From positions 9,701 to 73,700 of the forward strand of contig NZ_JBKBSL010000013.1 in NCBI RefSeq assembly GCF_046291045.1: 64,000 bases of DNA, in the 5' to 3' direction. Numbering within the stretch: the stretch's first letter is position 1; every line of letters begins with the position of its first letter. The notes under the pieces are model-generated. The model was given only the letters and a program-made list of their open reading frames with translations, was not told the origin of the DNA and did no database searches. Made by a program: the position numbers and the translations under genes. The DNA comes from Caldimonas sp. (GTDB taxonomy: Bacteria; Pseudomonadota; Gammaproteobacteria; Burkholderiales; Burkholderiaceae_C). Positions 8,149-17,500 of this stretch are shown piece by piece.

Positions 8149-8711
8149 TGCTGCTCTCCCGCGCTTTGCTCGCACCCGCCCTGATCCTCGGAGCATGTGC
8201 CATCGCAAAAGAGCCGCCGCGAGAAGTGCTCAGCTCGTGCCTCGCCGCTCGCGTCACGTCGAGTGACATTGCCGCCGAGGAACTTGCGACCTCGCAGGTC
8301 ACTGCAGACGACGACTTTTCGCCAGGCGTGAAGGCGACGTACTTGATTTCCGCTGGAGAAACTGAAGTCGGATATGGGCAGTCGGAGAACTCGCATGTGT
8401 TGATCTATGGTGAACACGTGCTCCGGCTCTCGTCGGCCTCGCTGGCAGCGGGAACCACGGTTTCTCCGAGGCCATTCGATCCTTTCCGCGCCGACTGGAT
8501 CCAGCTTCGGCGAAGCGGTCGGACCTACCTGTGCGTCAGCTTCAACTTTGATGGAGTGGGGCGAAGCGGCAAGCATCAGGACGTGCGTGCGGCTTACCTG
8601 CTCACACCCGGGAGATCCACGCGGCACCGGCCCATGCTGCACTTCACCGTGGGCCCCGTTGCGCAGTCAAGCACGGGTCAGGGGCCGCATCGTCCACACC
8701 AAGGCAAATGA
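8145..8711 (+). CDS. Lipoprotein, putative cognate immunity protein
   Basis: Signal peptide with lipobox LGAC (Cys18); GTGA overlap with the effector stop; no recognisable enzyme motif. Confidence 0.65.
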   Translation: MMLLSRALLAPALILGACAIAKEPPREVLSSCLAARVTSSDIAAEELATSQVTADDDFSPGVKATYLISAGETEVGYGQSENSHVLIYGEHVLRLSSASLAAGTTVSPRPFDPFRADWIQLRRSGRTYLCVSFNFDGVGRSGKHQDVRAAYLLTPGRSTRHRPMLHFTVGPVAQSSTGQGPHRPHQGK

Positions 8712-9031
8712 AGACCGGGGCCTGGATCTCTGTCACAAGCGCGGGGCTGCGCAGCTGTGCAGTCGCGGGCCAGCCGCCCTCGGTGCCTGTGAAGCACCCT
8801 GTCGAGCGCTGGGAGGCCTGCTGCTCCCTGCGAGGAGAGTTTTCCGGGGACCCCGAATCCGACAAAGATCGAATCGAAATGACGAACCAAGCCTGCGCAG
8901 GCACCGACCGGGAACTCGCCACACTGCTCGCGAGATATCGCCATCACCAACGTGTACTTGAAGCTCTTGGCAAGTATGAGCGCAGCAGCATCGAGTCGAG
9001 CACGGCGACGCAATATGACGCACGACAGTGA
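8708..9031 (+). CDS. Small Cys-containing hypothetical protein, possibly a second/orphan immunity lipoprotein
   Basis: ATGA overlap with upstream gene; weak signal/lipobox-like GLRSC; ERWEACCSLRGE...CAGTDRELATLLARY helical pattern. Confidence 0.5.
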   Translation: MKTGAWISVTSAGLRSCAVAGQPPSVPVKHPVERWEACCSLRGEFSGDPESDKDRIEMTNQACAGTDRELATLLARYRHHQRVLEALGKYERSSIESSTATQYDARQ

Positions 9032-9035
9032 TCTT

Positions 9036-9146
9036 GACGGGCGCCCCCCCATGCTGACCGACGGCAAGCCGGTGGCCGGCCATGGCGATCTCACGGCCTG
9101 CGGCGCCACCTTGGTCGCCAGCCAGTCCCTCAGCACCGACGCCTGA
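9036..9146 (+). pseudogene. Truncated PAAR remnant (3' half only)
   Basis: MLTDGKPVAGHGDLTACGATLVASQSLSTDA* (9051-9146) matches PAAR residues encoded at 7149-7241 at 23/31 aa; the N-terminal half is absent. Confidence 0.85.
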
Positions 9147-9168
9147 CCGGCCCCGCGGGAGTTGCTCA

Positions 9169-10467
9169 ATGCGCAAGAACCTCTGGCCTGGTCTGGCCCT
9201 GCTCGGCCTCATGGTGGCCGCGCTGTGGGTCTTCGTGGAACGGCCGTCCGTGCCGGATGTGATGGACGATCGCTGGTGGTCCCTCATCGCGCTGGCCTTG
9301 CTGGCCGGCGTGACACTGCGGGCCTTCCGTTCGGGCGGTCAGGATTCAGACGCCGGCAGCGCGTCGGCTTCGGCCATCGCACCGAAACAAGTCGACGCCG
9401 CCACCGCGACCTCTGCCCGGCCCGCGCAGTTGTTGGTGCGCGGCGCCGCCGTCGCCACACGGTGCGGGCACGATCCCGGCACGGTGCTGCAAGCGCTCGG
9501 CTCCCAACCCCCGATGCCCGCGCCGGACCCGGACTGTCTCGACGATCAAGGACTGCCTCGCCTGAGCGCCCGCTGCTCTGCCCTGGATACGTCCCGCGTG
9601 ACGGCCGCTTTGATGGTCCTGACCTCCGGCCCCGCCGGGCGTCCTGGGTTGGTGCGGGCTTTGGCCCTGCAAGCCGACGCGCTTGACGGTCTGCAAGCCA
9701 CGCTGCAAGCCATGCCTCATCGCGGCGGTCTCGACGTTCGATGGACGGTGCCAGACCACTGGAGCGACGCAGAACTCGAACTGGCACAAGCCTGGTTGAA
9801 GAACGACCTGAGGGCGCGGATGCCCCCCGATGCCGGCCCCTTGACACTGCGGACCGAGAAAGCGGCCGGTCCGGCCGCCTGGCTCAACTGGCGGTCTCGC
9901 CGCGGCTTGGAGACCGAGACGCATCCGTCCGAGGCTCGGCCGATGCTGGTGATGGCCTGTGATTCGCTCGTCGATCCCCAGCACGAGCTCGCAGCCGCCG
10001 TCCCCGGCGAAGCCGCTGCGGCGCTGCTGATCGAGATGCCTCCCTCCGAAGAGGCCTCGTCGGCGCAGGACGGTGCCCTCGCACACCTGTCCTGGCCTAT
10101 CGCCCCCGCCTCGCCTCCCCCCGCTGAACGCTCCTTGCAGGATCTCGCCGCGCAGGCCCTGGACGCTGGCTCAGAGACCGTGGTGGTTGGCCGGGTCATC
10201 AGCGACATCGGGCTGGCCGGGCCTGAGGCCCGCCAAGTGCTCGATGCCATCGTCGAGCTGCTGCCGCAACTCGACGTCGGCGAGCGCCTGTGCCGCATCG
10301 GGCTGGCCTGCGGGAACCTGGGATGTGCAGGCCCGCTGGTGGCGTTGGCGCTGGCCAGCCACGCCTCCCACCAGGACGAGGCCGCAGCTCTCCTCCTGCT
10401 GACAGGGCGACAGCCGGTGGCCGCCTTGTTGACGCCCAAGCGGCTCGCCGCCCTCTCACCCGCCTGA
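9169..10467 (+). CDS. T6SS-associated membrane protein with degenerate thiolase/ketoacyl-synthase-like C-terminus
   Basis: Two N-terminal hydrophobic segments; C-terminal VISDIG...IGLACGNLGCAGPLVALALA resembles the end of the thiolase fold; immediately upstream of tssM. Confidence 0.6.
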   Translation: MRKNLWPGLALLGLMVAALWVFVERPSVPDVMDDRWWSLIALALLAGVTLRAFRSGGQDSDAGSASASAIAPKQVDAATATSARPAQLLVRGAAVATRCGHDPGTVLQALGSQPPMPAPDPDCLDDQGLPRLSARCSALDTSRVTAALMVLTSGPAGRPGLVRALALQADALDGLQATLQAMPHRGGLDVRWTVPDHWSDAELELAQAWLKNDLRARMPPDAGPLTLRTEKAAGPAAWLNWRSRRGLETETHPSEARPMLVMACDSLVDPQHELAAAVPGEAAAALLIEMPPSEEASSAQDGALAHLSWPIAPASPPPAERSLQDLAAQALDAGSETVVVGRVISDIGLAGPEARQVLDAIVELLPQLDVGERLCRIGLACGNLGCAGPLVALALASHASHQDEAAALLLLTGRQPVAALLTPKRLAALSPA

Positions 10468-10499
10468 GCGGCCTCGCATCGACTCTGATGTGCTGATCC

Positions 10500-13400
10500 A
10501 TGCATAGTCTGTTGAACTTCTTCTCCCACCCCATCGCCCAGCGCGTGACGGGCTGGCTGGCGCTGGTGGGTTTTGTGAGCGTCGGCGCCTGGACTTTCGA
10601 TCTGCCCCTGCGTTGGGCCCTGGGCGTGCTCATCGTCATCATGCTGGTGGCGCTCGTCCGCTGGGCCGTGCAGCGCCGCAAGGCGCGGTTGGCCGCCCAG
10701 CAATTCGAGCAGGCCCTGGACGCCCAGCATGCCGAGGCTTCGAGGTTCGATGCGCCGCGCCACCGGCGTGAGGAGGTGGCCGTCCTGCGCGAGCGCATGC
10801 GGCAGGCGATCCGCACGCTCCAACGCTCCAGGCTGGGACAGACGTCGGGGCGGGCCGCCCTCTACGAACTGCCCTGGTACATGATCATCGGCAACCCAGC
10901 GGCCGGCAAGAGCTCGGCGATCGTCAAGTCCGGGCTGCGATTCCCTTTCTCTGACGATGCCGGCAACATCATCCAGGGGATCGGGGGAACCCGCAACTGC
11001 GACTGGTTCTTCACCTCCGAAGGCATTCTGATCGACACCGCCGGGCGTTACAGCGTGCAAGACGAGGACCGGGCCGAATGGTTGGGCTTTCTCGGTCTGT
11101 TGAAAAAGCACCGTCCCAAGGCACCGATCAACGGCATCGTGATCGCCGTCAGCGTGGCCGAGCTGGCGACCCAACGCCCGGAGGCCAACATCCGTCTGGC
11201 CAAGCAGTTGCGCCAGCGCATGCAGGAGCTCACCGACACGCTCGAAGTCATCGCCCCGGTCTACGTCATGTTCACCAAGGCGGACCTCATCAGCGGGTTC
11301 GTCGAGTTCTTCGAGGACCGCGACCGTAGTGAGCGCGAGCGCGTGTGGGGCGCCACCCTGCCCTACGACGACCAGGGACGTGCCGATGCTGTAGGGCTGT
11401 TCGAACGCCATTTCGACGAACTCTACGAGGGGCTCAAAGCCGCCTCGGTGGCACGCATGTCCATGCAGCGCGGCGAAAAGCTGCCTCCGGGCGTCCTGAG
11501 CTTCCCCCTGGAATTCGCGAGCCTCAAGCCGGCGTTGTCCGCCTTCATCGCCACCCTGTTCGAAGACAACCCCTACCAGTATCGACCGAGCTTCCGAGGC
11601 TTCTACTTCACCAGCGCGGTCCAGGAAGGCGAATCCACCAGCCGGTCCAGCGAGCGGGTCGCACGCCGTTTCGGGCTGAGCCTGCAGCCCGGCACCACGG
11701 CCAGCGTCTACTCCCATGCGGGCTTCTTCCTGAAGGATCTGTTCACCCGCGTCATCTTTGCCGACCGCCACTTGGTGCGCCAGCACCAAACGAAGCCTCG
11801 GCGGCGCTGGCGTCAGGCCACGGTGATCGTGGGTCTGGTATCGCTGGGCCTGAGCCTGGGCTTGTGGACCTGGTCGTATGCGAACAACCGTCAGTGGGTC
11901 GCCAACGTGCGCGCCGACCTCGAGCACATCACCCGACTGCAGACGTCGTCGCCCGATCTGTCGTCACGCCTGGAGGCTCTCATGATCTTGCAGGATCGGC
12001 TGAGCCAAGTCCAGGCGATCCATCGTGAGCGCCCCTGGGCCCTATCCTTTGGCCTGCACCAGGGGCGCCAACTCGAGGACACGCTGCGCCGAGAGTACTT
12101 TCACGGGGTGCGTGAAGTCATGCTCAAGCCGGTGGCGCAAAGCATCGAAGCCTATCTGGCAGCCGTGAAGGAGAAGGAGAGAGAACTGCACGATGGCACC
12201 GAACCGGTTGCCGCATCGGCAACGCTACCCTCGGCAGCCGCGCAGGGCTCCCCCTACAGCACCGCATCGCCCACGAGCGTCACCGATGCCTACAACGCCC
12301 TCAAGACCTACCTGATGCTGGCCGACCGGCGTCGCGCCGAGCCCGGGCACCTGAGCGACCAGATCACCCGCTTCTGGCGTGGCTGGCTCGAAGTCAACCG
12401 CGGCGCGATGCCACGGGAGCGCATGCTGGTGGTGGCCGAATCGCTGATCGCCTACACCGCCTCCCAGGTCAACGACCCCCAGTTCCCTCAGGTCGCGAAC
12501 AATCTCGCCCTCGTGGACGAGAGCCGCCGCGTGCTGCGCACCGTAGTGCGGGGCATGCCCGCACGAGAGCGCGTCTACGCCGAAATCAAGGCTCGCGCAG
12601 CCACGCGTTTTGCGCCGATGACAGTGGCGCGCGCGGTCGGAGAGTCCGACCGCGAGTTGTTATCGGGCAGCCACGCCGTTTCTGGCGCCTTCACCCGTCA
12701 GGCCTGGCGCGAGTATGTGCAAGGCGCCATCCGTGATGCTGCCCATAAAGCCCTGCAGGCCGATGACTGGGTGCTCAAAACCACTGTACAGGATGACCTC
12801 ACCCTCGATGGCAGCCCCGAGCAGATCCAAAAGGCGCTGACCGATGCCTACAAGTCCGAATACATCGCCCAGTGGCACCGCTTCCTGCACGGCGTGAGTG
12901 TCCAGCCCTTCGGCAGCTTCGAGCACGCCGTCAGTCGGATGAACCGTCTGGGTGACCCGGCCAGCTCACCGCTGGGGCGCTTGATGGCCGTCGTGCACGA
13001 GGAAACGTCCTGGGACCGCCCGCCGGCCGCCCTCGATGCGACCGGCACCAGCCGTAGCTTGGGCAGATGGTTCCGCGAGGTGGTACTGCGCCAGGCACCG
13101 ACCCAGGGGAACCCGCAAGTGCCCACCGACGGTGCTGCAGCCAGCGCCCAACCGGCGCTCATGGGGCAGGTGAGTCAGGAGTTCGCAGGTGTGGCCCGCC
13201 TGCTGAGCACCCGCGAGGACGGCGGCAGCCTGATGGGGGCCTACCTGGACGGCCTGTCTCGGCTGCGCACCCGATTCAACCGCATTCACACTCAAGGCGA
13301 AGCCGGGCCGGGCAGCGTCCAGCTTCTGCAGCACACACTCGAAGGACAGTCCGAGCTCGCCGAGCTGCTCAAGCTCGTCGATGAACAGATGCTCAACGGC

Positions 13401-14258
13401 CTGAGCGATGGCGCGCGCGCCAGCCTGCGTCCCTTGCTCGTGCGACCCTTGATGCAAGCCTACGAGGCGCTCATCCCAGTGGCCGAGGACGAAATCAACC
13501 GCATCTGGGTTGCCCAGGTGCATGGTCCCTACGAAACCACGCTGGCCGACCGCTATCCCTTCAAACCCGACGCTCGCGTCGAGGCCTCGGTGGCAGACAT
13601 CGCCAAGATCTTTGGCCCCGAAGGGGCCGTGGCCCGGTTCGCGGACAAGACCCTCGGTCCGTTGGTGATCCGGCGCGGCGACAGCCTGGCACCGCGCACC
13701 TGGGCCGACCTGTCCATCCGGCTCCATCCCGAGTTCACGGCTCGCTTTGCCACCTGGGTGGCACCACTGGGTGGCCATGCCGCGGCTTCTTCGGCCGGGG
13801 GGGCGGAACAAACTCTGTTCCAGATCCTACCCCAGCCCGCCCCGGGATTGACCGAGTACAGCCTGGAGATCGACGGCCAGGTGATGCGCTACCGCAATGC
13901 CGCAGCCGCCTGGTCGCACTTCGTCTGGCCCGGTCCTCAGCCCACACTCGGCGTGCGTCTGCACGGGGTGAGTTTCGATGGTCGCAACATCGACTTCGTG
14001 AACGAACCCGGTCGCTTCGGTCTGGAGCGCATGATCCATAGCGCCCAACGCCGTCGCATCGATGCCCAGACTCACGAGCTGCGATGGTCCGCCGGCGGAC
14101 ATGCCGTAGCCATGCACCTGCGCATCATTGCCATGCCGGGGTCTTCCGGCGAATCGTCCAGTGGCCATGCAGGTCTGGGTGGCGCACCGCTGCCTCGCGT
14201 GGTGGCCGGCCCTGCCTCCCGCCCCGCGCCCGCAGCGTCTGCAGGAGGCCCACGATGA
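10500..14258 (+). CDS. tssM: T6SS membrane complex protein TssM (IcmF)
   Basis: LYELPWYMIIGNPAAGKSS (Walker A), GTRNCDWFF, LIDTAGRY, PINGIVIAVS; three TMs; 1252 aa. Confidence 0.97.
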   Translation: MHSLLNFFSHPIAQRVTGWLALVGFVSVGAWTFDLPLRWALGVLIVIMLVALVRWAVQRRKARLAAQQFEQALDAQHAEASRFDAPRHRREEVAVLRERMRQAIRTLQRSRLGQTSGRAALYELPWYMIIGNPAAGKSSAIVKSGLRFPFSDDAGNIIQGIGGTRNCDWFFTSEGILIDTAGRYSVQDEDRAEWLGFLGLLKKHRPKAPINGIVIAVSVAELATQRPEANIRLAKQLRQRMQELTDTLEVIAPVYVMFTKADLISGFVEFFEDRDRSERERVWGATLPYDDQGRADAVGLFERHFDELYEGLKAASVARMSMQRGEKLPPGVLSFPLEFASLKPALSAFIATLFEDNPYQYRPSFRGFYFTSAVQEGESTSRSSERVARRFGLSLQPGTTASVYSHAGFFLKDLFTRVIFADRHLVRQHQTKPRRRWRQATVIVGLVSLGLSLGLWTWSYANNRQWVANVRADLEHITRLQTSSPDLSSRLEALMILQDRLSQVQAIHRERPWALSFGLHQGRQLEDTLRREYFHGVREVMLKPVAQSIEAYLAAVKEKERELHDGTEPVAASATLPSAAAQGSPYSTASPTSVTDAYNALKTYLMLADRRRAEPGHLSDQITRFWRGWLEVNRGAMPRERMLVVAESLIAYTASQVNDPQFPQVANNLALVDESRRVLRTVVRGMPARERVYAEIKARAATRFAPMTVARAVGESDRELLSGSHAVSGAFTRQAWREYVQGAIRDAAHKALQADDWVLKTTVQDDLTLDGSPEQIQKALTDAYKSEYIAQWHRFLHGVSVQPFGSFEHAVSRMNRLGDPASSPLGRLMAVVHEETSWDRPPAALDATGTSRSLGRWFREVVLRQAPTQGNPQVPTDGAAASAQPALMGQVSQEFAGVARLLSTREDGGSLMGAYLDGLSRLRTRFNRIHTQGEAGPGSVQLLQHTLEGQSELAELLKLVDEQMLNGLSDGARASLRPLLVRPLMQAYEALIPVAEDEINRIWVAQVHGPYETTLADRYPFKPDARVEASVADIAKIFGPEGAVARFADKTLGPLVIRRGDSLAPRTWADLSIRLHPEFTARFATWVAPLGGHAAASSAGGAEQTLFQILPQPAPGLTEYSLEIDGQVMRYRNAAAAWSHFVWPGPQPTLGVRLHGVSFDGRNIDFVNEPGRFGLERMIHSAQRRRIDAQTHELRWSAGGHAVAMHLRIIAMPGSSGESSSGHAGLGGAPLPRVVAGPASRPAPAASAGGPR

Positions 14259-15244
14259 GCCTGTTCGCGGCCTCGGCGAGGCTCGTGTGCTTCGGCAAGC
14301 TCCCCTCCCATGGCGATTTCGTGCGCAACGGGACCGCCAGCACCTCGCTCGTCCAGACCTTGGACCGCTGGATGTCGCGCACACTGGAACTGCTGGCTCA
14401 GGATCCTCGCTGGAAACAGGTCTACGACGAGGCTCCGGCCACCCAGTTTGCGTTCCTCGGCCCACGCAGTCCCGTCGGACTGGCCGGTCACCTCGTGCCC
14501 AGCCAAGATGCCTCGGGGCGTCGCTACCCCTTCATCGCTGCTGCGTCCTTCGGTGTGTCCGAGCCGGCCGGCTTCTTGGGCCTGAGCCCCCTGGCGCTGT
14601 CACGCCTATGGACACAGATGGAGCACACTGCGCAGCGTGCCCAGGACTGCGCAAATGCCACGCAAACCCAGGACGTGCTGGCCAGCGCCGAACGACAGCT
14701 CGAAAGCCCGGTGGCGCCGAACGCGACACATTTCCAAGACTTCCTGCGGACCCAGACGCTGGGCTCGCTGGAAGCCCTGTTCGAGGAAGCCGGTCAGGCC
14801 CTGCCGTTGCGCCAGGCGCTGCTGGCCCTGGGCCTGCTGCTGCGCCCGCTGCTCGGGCAGCCGAGCCCTAGGCTCGAACGTGGCCTGCAACTGCCCCTGC
14901 CCAACGATCCGCTGTACCGCCCGTTCGTCGCCTCGTTCTGGCTCGACCTGGTGGCCGGGTTCCTGCGGCGCAGTGCCCTGGAGCTGGGCATCTTCACCAC
15001 CCGACATCGGGGCCGCGGACTGCTGATCGTCGGCTTCAACGGGGCCTGCCCGCGCAGCCTGCGTTCAGTGCTGGCTCCGCAGGACAACCTCCAAGACAAC
15101 ATTGAATTCTCCTGCCCGTCCTGGGTGGAACGCTCGGTGGAGACCGACTACGGACTGAAGAAGCTGTCGAGCTATCTGCGCGACCCCATGCTCTCGCTGG
15201 CGCAGGCCGGCCAGACCTTCCGAGAGACTTTCCTGGGCCTGTGA
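14255..15244 (+). CDS. tagF: T6SS-associated protein TagF (ImpM)
   Basis: FGKLPSHGDFV and PSQDASGRRYPF motifs; ATGA overlap with tssM. Confidence 0.92.
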   Translation: MSLFAASARLVCFGKLPSHGDFVRNGTASTSLVQTLDRWMSRTLELLAQDPRWKQVYDEAPATQFAFLGPRSPVGLAGHLVPSQDASGRRYPFIAAASFGVSEPAGFLGLSPLALSRLWTQMEHTAQRAQDCANATQTQDVLASAERQLESPVAPNATHFQDFLRTQTLGSLEALFEEAGQALPLRQALLALGLLLRPLLGQPSPRLERGLQLPLPNDPLYRPFVASFWLDLVAGFLRRSALELGIFTTRHRGRGLLIVGFNGACPRSLRSVLAPQDNLQDNIEFSCPSWVERSVETDYGLKKLSSYLRDPMLSLAQAGQTFRETFLGL

Positions 15245-15254
15245 GGAAACGCCG

Positions 15255-16088
15255 ATGATGCCCTTTCGCCCCCACAATGCCCTCCCGCGACGCCTTCGTC
15301 CTTGCCGTCAACGCATGGCGCGGCTACGCATCGTGGCAGCCACGCTGCTGCTGGGCTGTGGCCTTGCCACGGCTGCTGGCCGCGGCGAGCTCGCCCCCGA
15401 CCAGGTGCTCGTGACCGGCACCGTGCCGGACGAAGCCACACGCGCGCTGGTGCTGCAACGGCTGCACGAACTGTACGGTGCGCACCGCGTGGTCGACCAG
15501 ATCGCCATCGGCAGCGTGGTCGCACCGCCGCAATGGTCCCAGCATGTGCAGAACATCCTGAGCCCCGAAATCCGGCAGGTCAGCCGCGGCCAGCTCACGG
15601 TGCGCGGCACGCAGGTGGATATCCAGGGAGAAGTTTCCAACGAGGCCCAGCGCCAGCAGGTCGTCAGCGCCGTCGCTACGCGGCTGAACCCGACCTACAC
15701 CGTGCGCAGCGCCCTGCGTGTGGGCACTGGGGAACAGACCCTGATCGACCAAGCCCTGGCCAATCGCATCATCGAGTTCGAGCCCGGCAGTTCCGCACTC
15801 ACGCCGTCAGGCCGTGCGGTGCTCGACCAGATGCTGCCGACCCTGACGCGCCTGTCGGCCCGGCGCATCGAGATCATCGGCCACACCGATGCCCTCGGCG
15901 CCCCGGATGCCAACCTGGCCCTGTCATTGGCCCGAGCCGACGCCGTGCGTAGCTATCTCCAGGCTCGGGGTATCGATGCCCAGCGCTTGGCCGTCTCTGG
16001 CATGGGGTCCGCACGGCCCGTGGCCAGCAACGAGACTGCCGAGGGGCGAGCCCGCAACCGTCGCATCGAGTTCCGGATCAGCCAGTAG
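15255..16088 (+). CDS. tagN: BON + OmpA-family peptidoglycan-binding protein (TagN-like)
   Basis: IIEFEPGSSAL, IIGHTDALG, NLALSLARADAV, GRARNRRIEF OmpA motifs; SD GAGGA upstream; follows tagF. Confidence 0.85.
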   Translation: MMPFRPHNALPRRLRPCRQRMARLRIVAATLLLGCGLATAAGRGELAPDQVLVTGTVPDEATRALVLQRLHELYGAHRVVDQIAIGSVVAPPQWSQHVQNILSPEIRQVSRGQLTVRGTQVDIQGEVSNEAQRQQVVSAVATRLNPTYTVRSALRVGTGEQTLIDQALANRIIEFEPGSSALTPSGRAVLDQMLPTLTRLSARRIEIIGHTDALGAPDANLALSLARADAVRSYLQARGIDAQRLAVSGMGSARPVASNETAEGRARNRRIEFRISQ

Positions 16089-16103
16089 CCGGCGCGCAAA
16101 CGT

Positions 16104-17453
16104 TCAGACCGCCGCACGCGCCGCGGCGGCCAGCCGCTCGGCGCAGGTTTGCGCCAGGACGCTGTCACGGGCTTCCACCATCACACGCAGCAGGGGTTCG
16201 GTGCCCGACGCGCGGATGAGCACGCGACCGGCCTCGCCCAGTTCCCGGGTCACGGCCACCTGCTCGGCGGCCAGACGATCATTGCGTCGCCAATCCTGAC
16301 CCGGCTGCAGACGGACGTTGATCAGGGTTTGGGGAAACAGTATCACATCGGCCAGCAGTTCGGCCAGCCCCATGCCCGCGCGCATCGTGGCCTGCAGCAC
16401 CTGCAACGCGCTCACCATCCCGTCGCCCGTGGTGTGGCGGTCCAGCACCAGCAAGTGGCCCGACCCCTCGCCGCCGAGCAGCCAGCCTCGCGCCACCAGT
16501 TCCTCGAGAACGTACCGGTCGCCAACCTTGGCGCGCACCAACGGCACTCCGCGCCGCGCCAGGGCTTGCTCCACACCGAGGTTGGTCATCAGCGTGCCAA
16601 CCACGCCGGGCACGGCCTGACCCCGGTTCAGTCGATCGACGACCATCACGTACAGCAGCTCATCGCCGTTGTAGAGACGCCCGCGGCCATCCACCAGCAT
16701 CAGCCGGTCGGCGTCCCCATCGAGTGCCACGCCGTAATGCGCGCCGTGCTGGCGCACTGCATCGACCAGGGCCTGGGGCGCGGTGGCCCCGAAACCGGCA
16801 TTGATGTTGTAGCCGTCGGGACTGCACCCGATCGCCACGACTTCGGCCCCCAGTTCGTGCAGCACGTTGGGAGCGACCTGGTAGGCCGCGCCATGGGCAG
16901 CGTCGACGACGATCCGCAGACCTTTGAGCGACAACTCAGCGCTGAAGGTGGCCTTGCAGAACTCGATGTAGCGCCCCTGGGCATCGTCGAGCCGCCGGGC
17001 CTTGCCCAGCGAAGCCGAATCCACCCACTGCGGCGGCTCCTCGAGCAAAGCCTCGACAGCCAGTTCCCACTCGTCCGGCAACTTCTCCCCCTGGGCCGAG
17101 AAGAACTTGATGCCGTTGTCGCCATAGGGGTTGTGCGAGGCGCTGATGACCACCCCGAGGTCCAGTCGCAGGGCCCGGGTCAGGTAGGCCACCCCCGGGG
17201 TGGGCAGCGGGCCGCTGAGCAGCACATCCACCCCGGCCGACGAGAAACCCGCCTCCAATGCCGACTCCAGCATGTACCCCGAGATGCGCGTGTCCTTGCC
17301 GATCAGCACCGTGGGACGGCCCGTGCCCTGGTGTGCACGCCGCAGCACGCGTCCCACTGCGTGGCCGAGCCGCAAAACGAAGTCCGGCGTGATGGGAAAG
17401 CTGCCAACCGCGCCACGGATGCCATCGGTTCCGAAATACTTTCTTTGACTCAT
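16104..17453 (-). CDS. glmM: Phosphoglucosamine mutase
   Basis: [32 protein letters not shown]; start ATG 17453. Confidence 0.97.
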   Translation of the reverse strand: MSQRKYFGTDGIRGAVGSFPITPDFVLRLGHAVGRVLRRAHQGTGRPTVLIGKDTRISGYMLESALEAGFSSAGVDVLLSGPLPTPGVAYLTRALRLDLGVVISASHNPYGDNGIKFFSAQGEKLPDEWELAVEALLEEPPQWVDSASLGKARRLDDAQGRYIEFCKATFSAELSLKGLRIVVDAAHGAAYQVAPNVLHELGAEVVAIGCSPDGYNINAGFGATAPQALVDAVRQHGAHYGVALDGDADRLMLVDGRGRLYNGDELLYVMVVDRLNRGQAVPGVVGTLMTNLGVEQALARRGVPLVRAKVGDRYVLEELVARGWLLGGEGSGHLLVLDRHTTGDGMVSALQVLQATMRAGMGLAELLADVILFPQTLINVRLQPGQDWRRNDRLAAEQVAVTRELGEAGRVLIRASGTEPLLRVMVEARDSVLAQTCAERLAAAARAAV

Positions 17454-17500
17454 CTGTCCGTCACTTCTTTCAATCCAGGGGTCCAGGCCGGGTGACCTGT

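Noticed and set aside
9717-11927. 736-aa minus-strand ORF
   Set aside because: Antisense to the 9169 gene and tssM; shadow frame.
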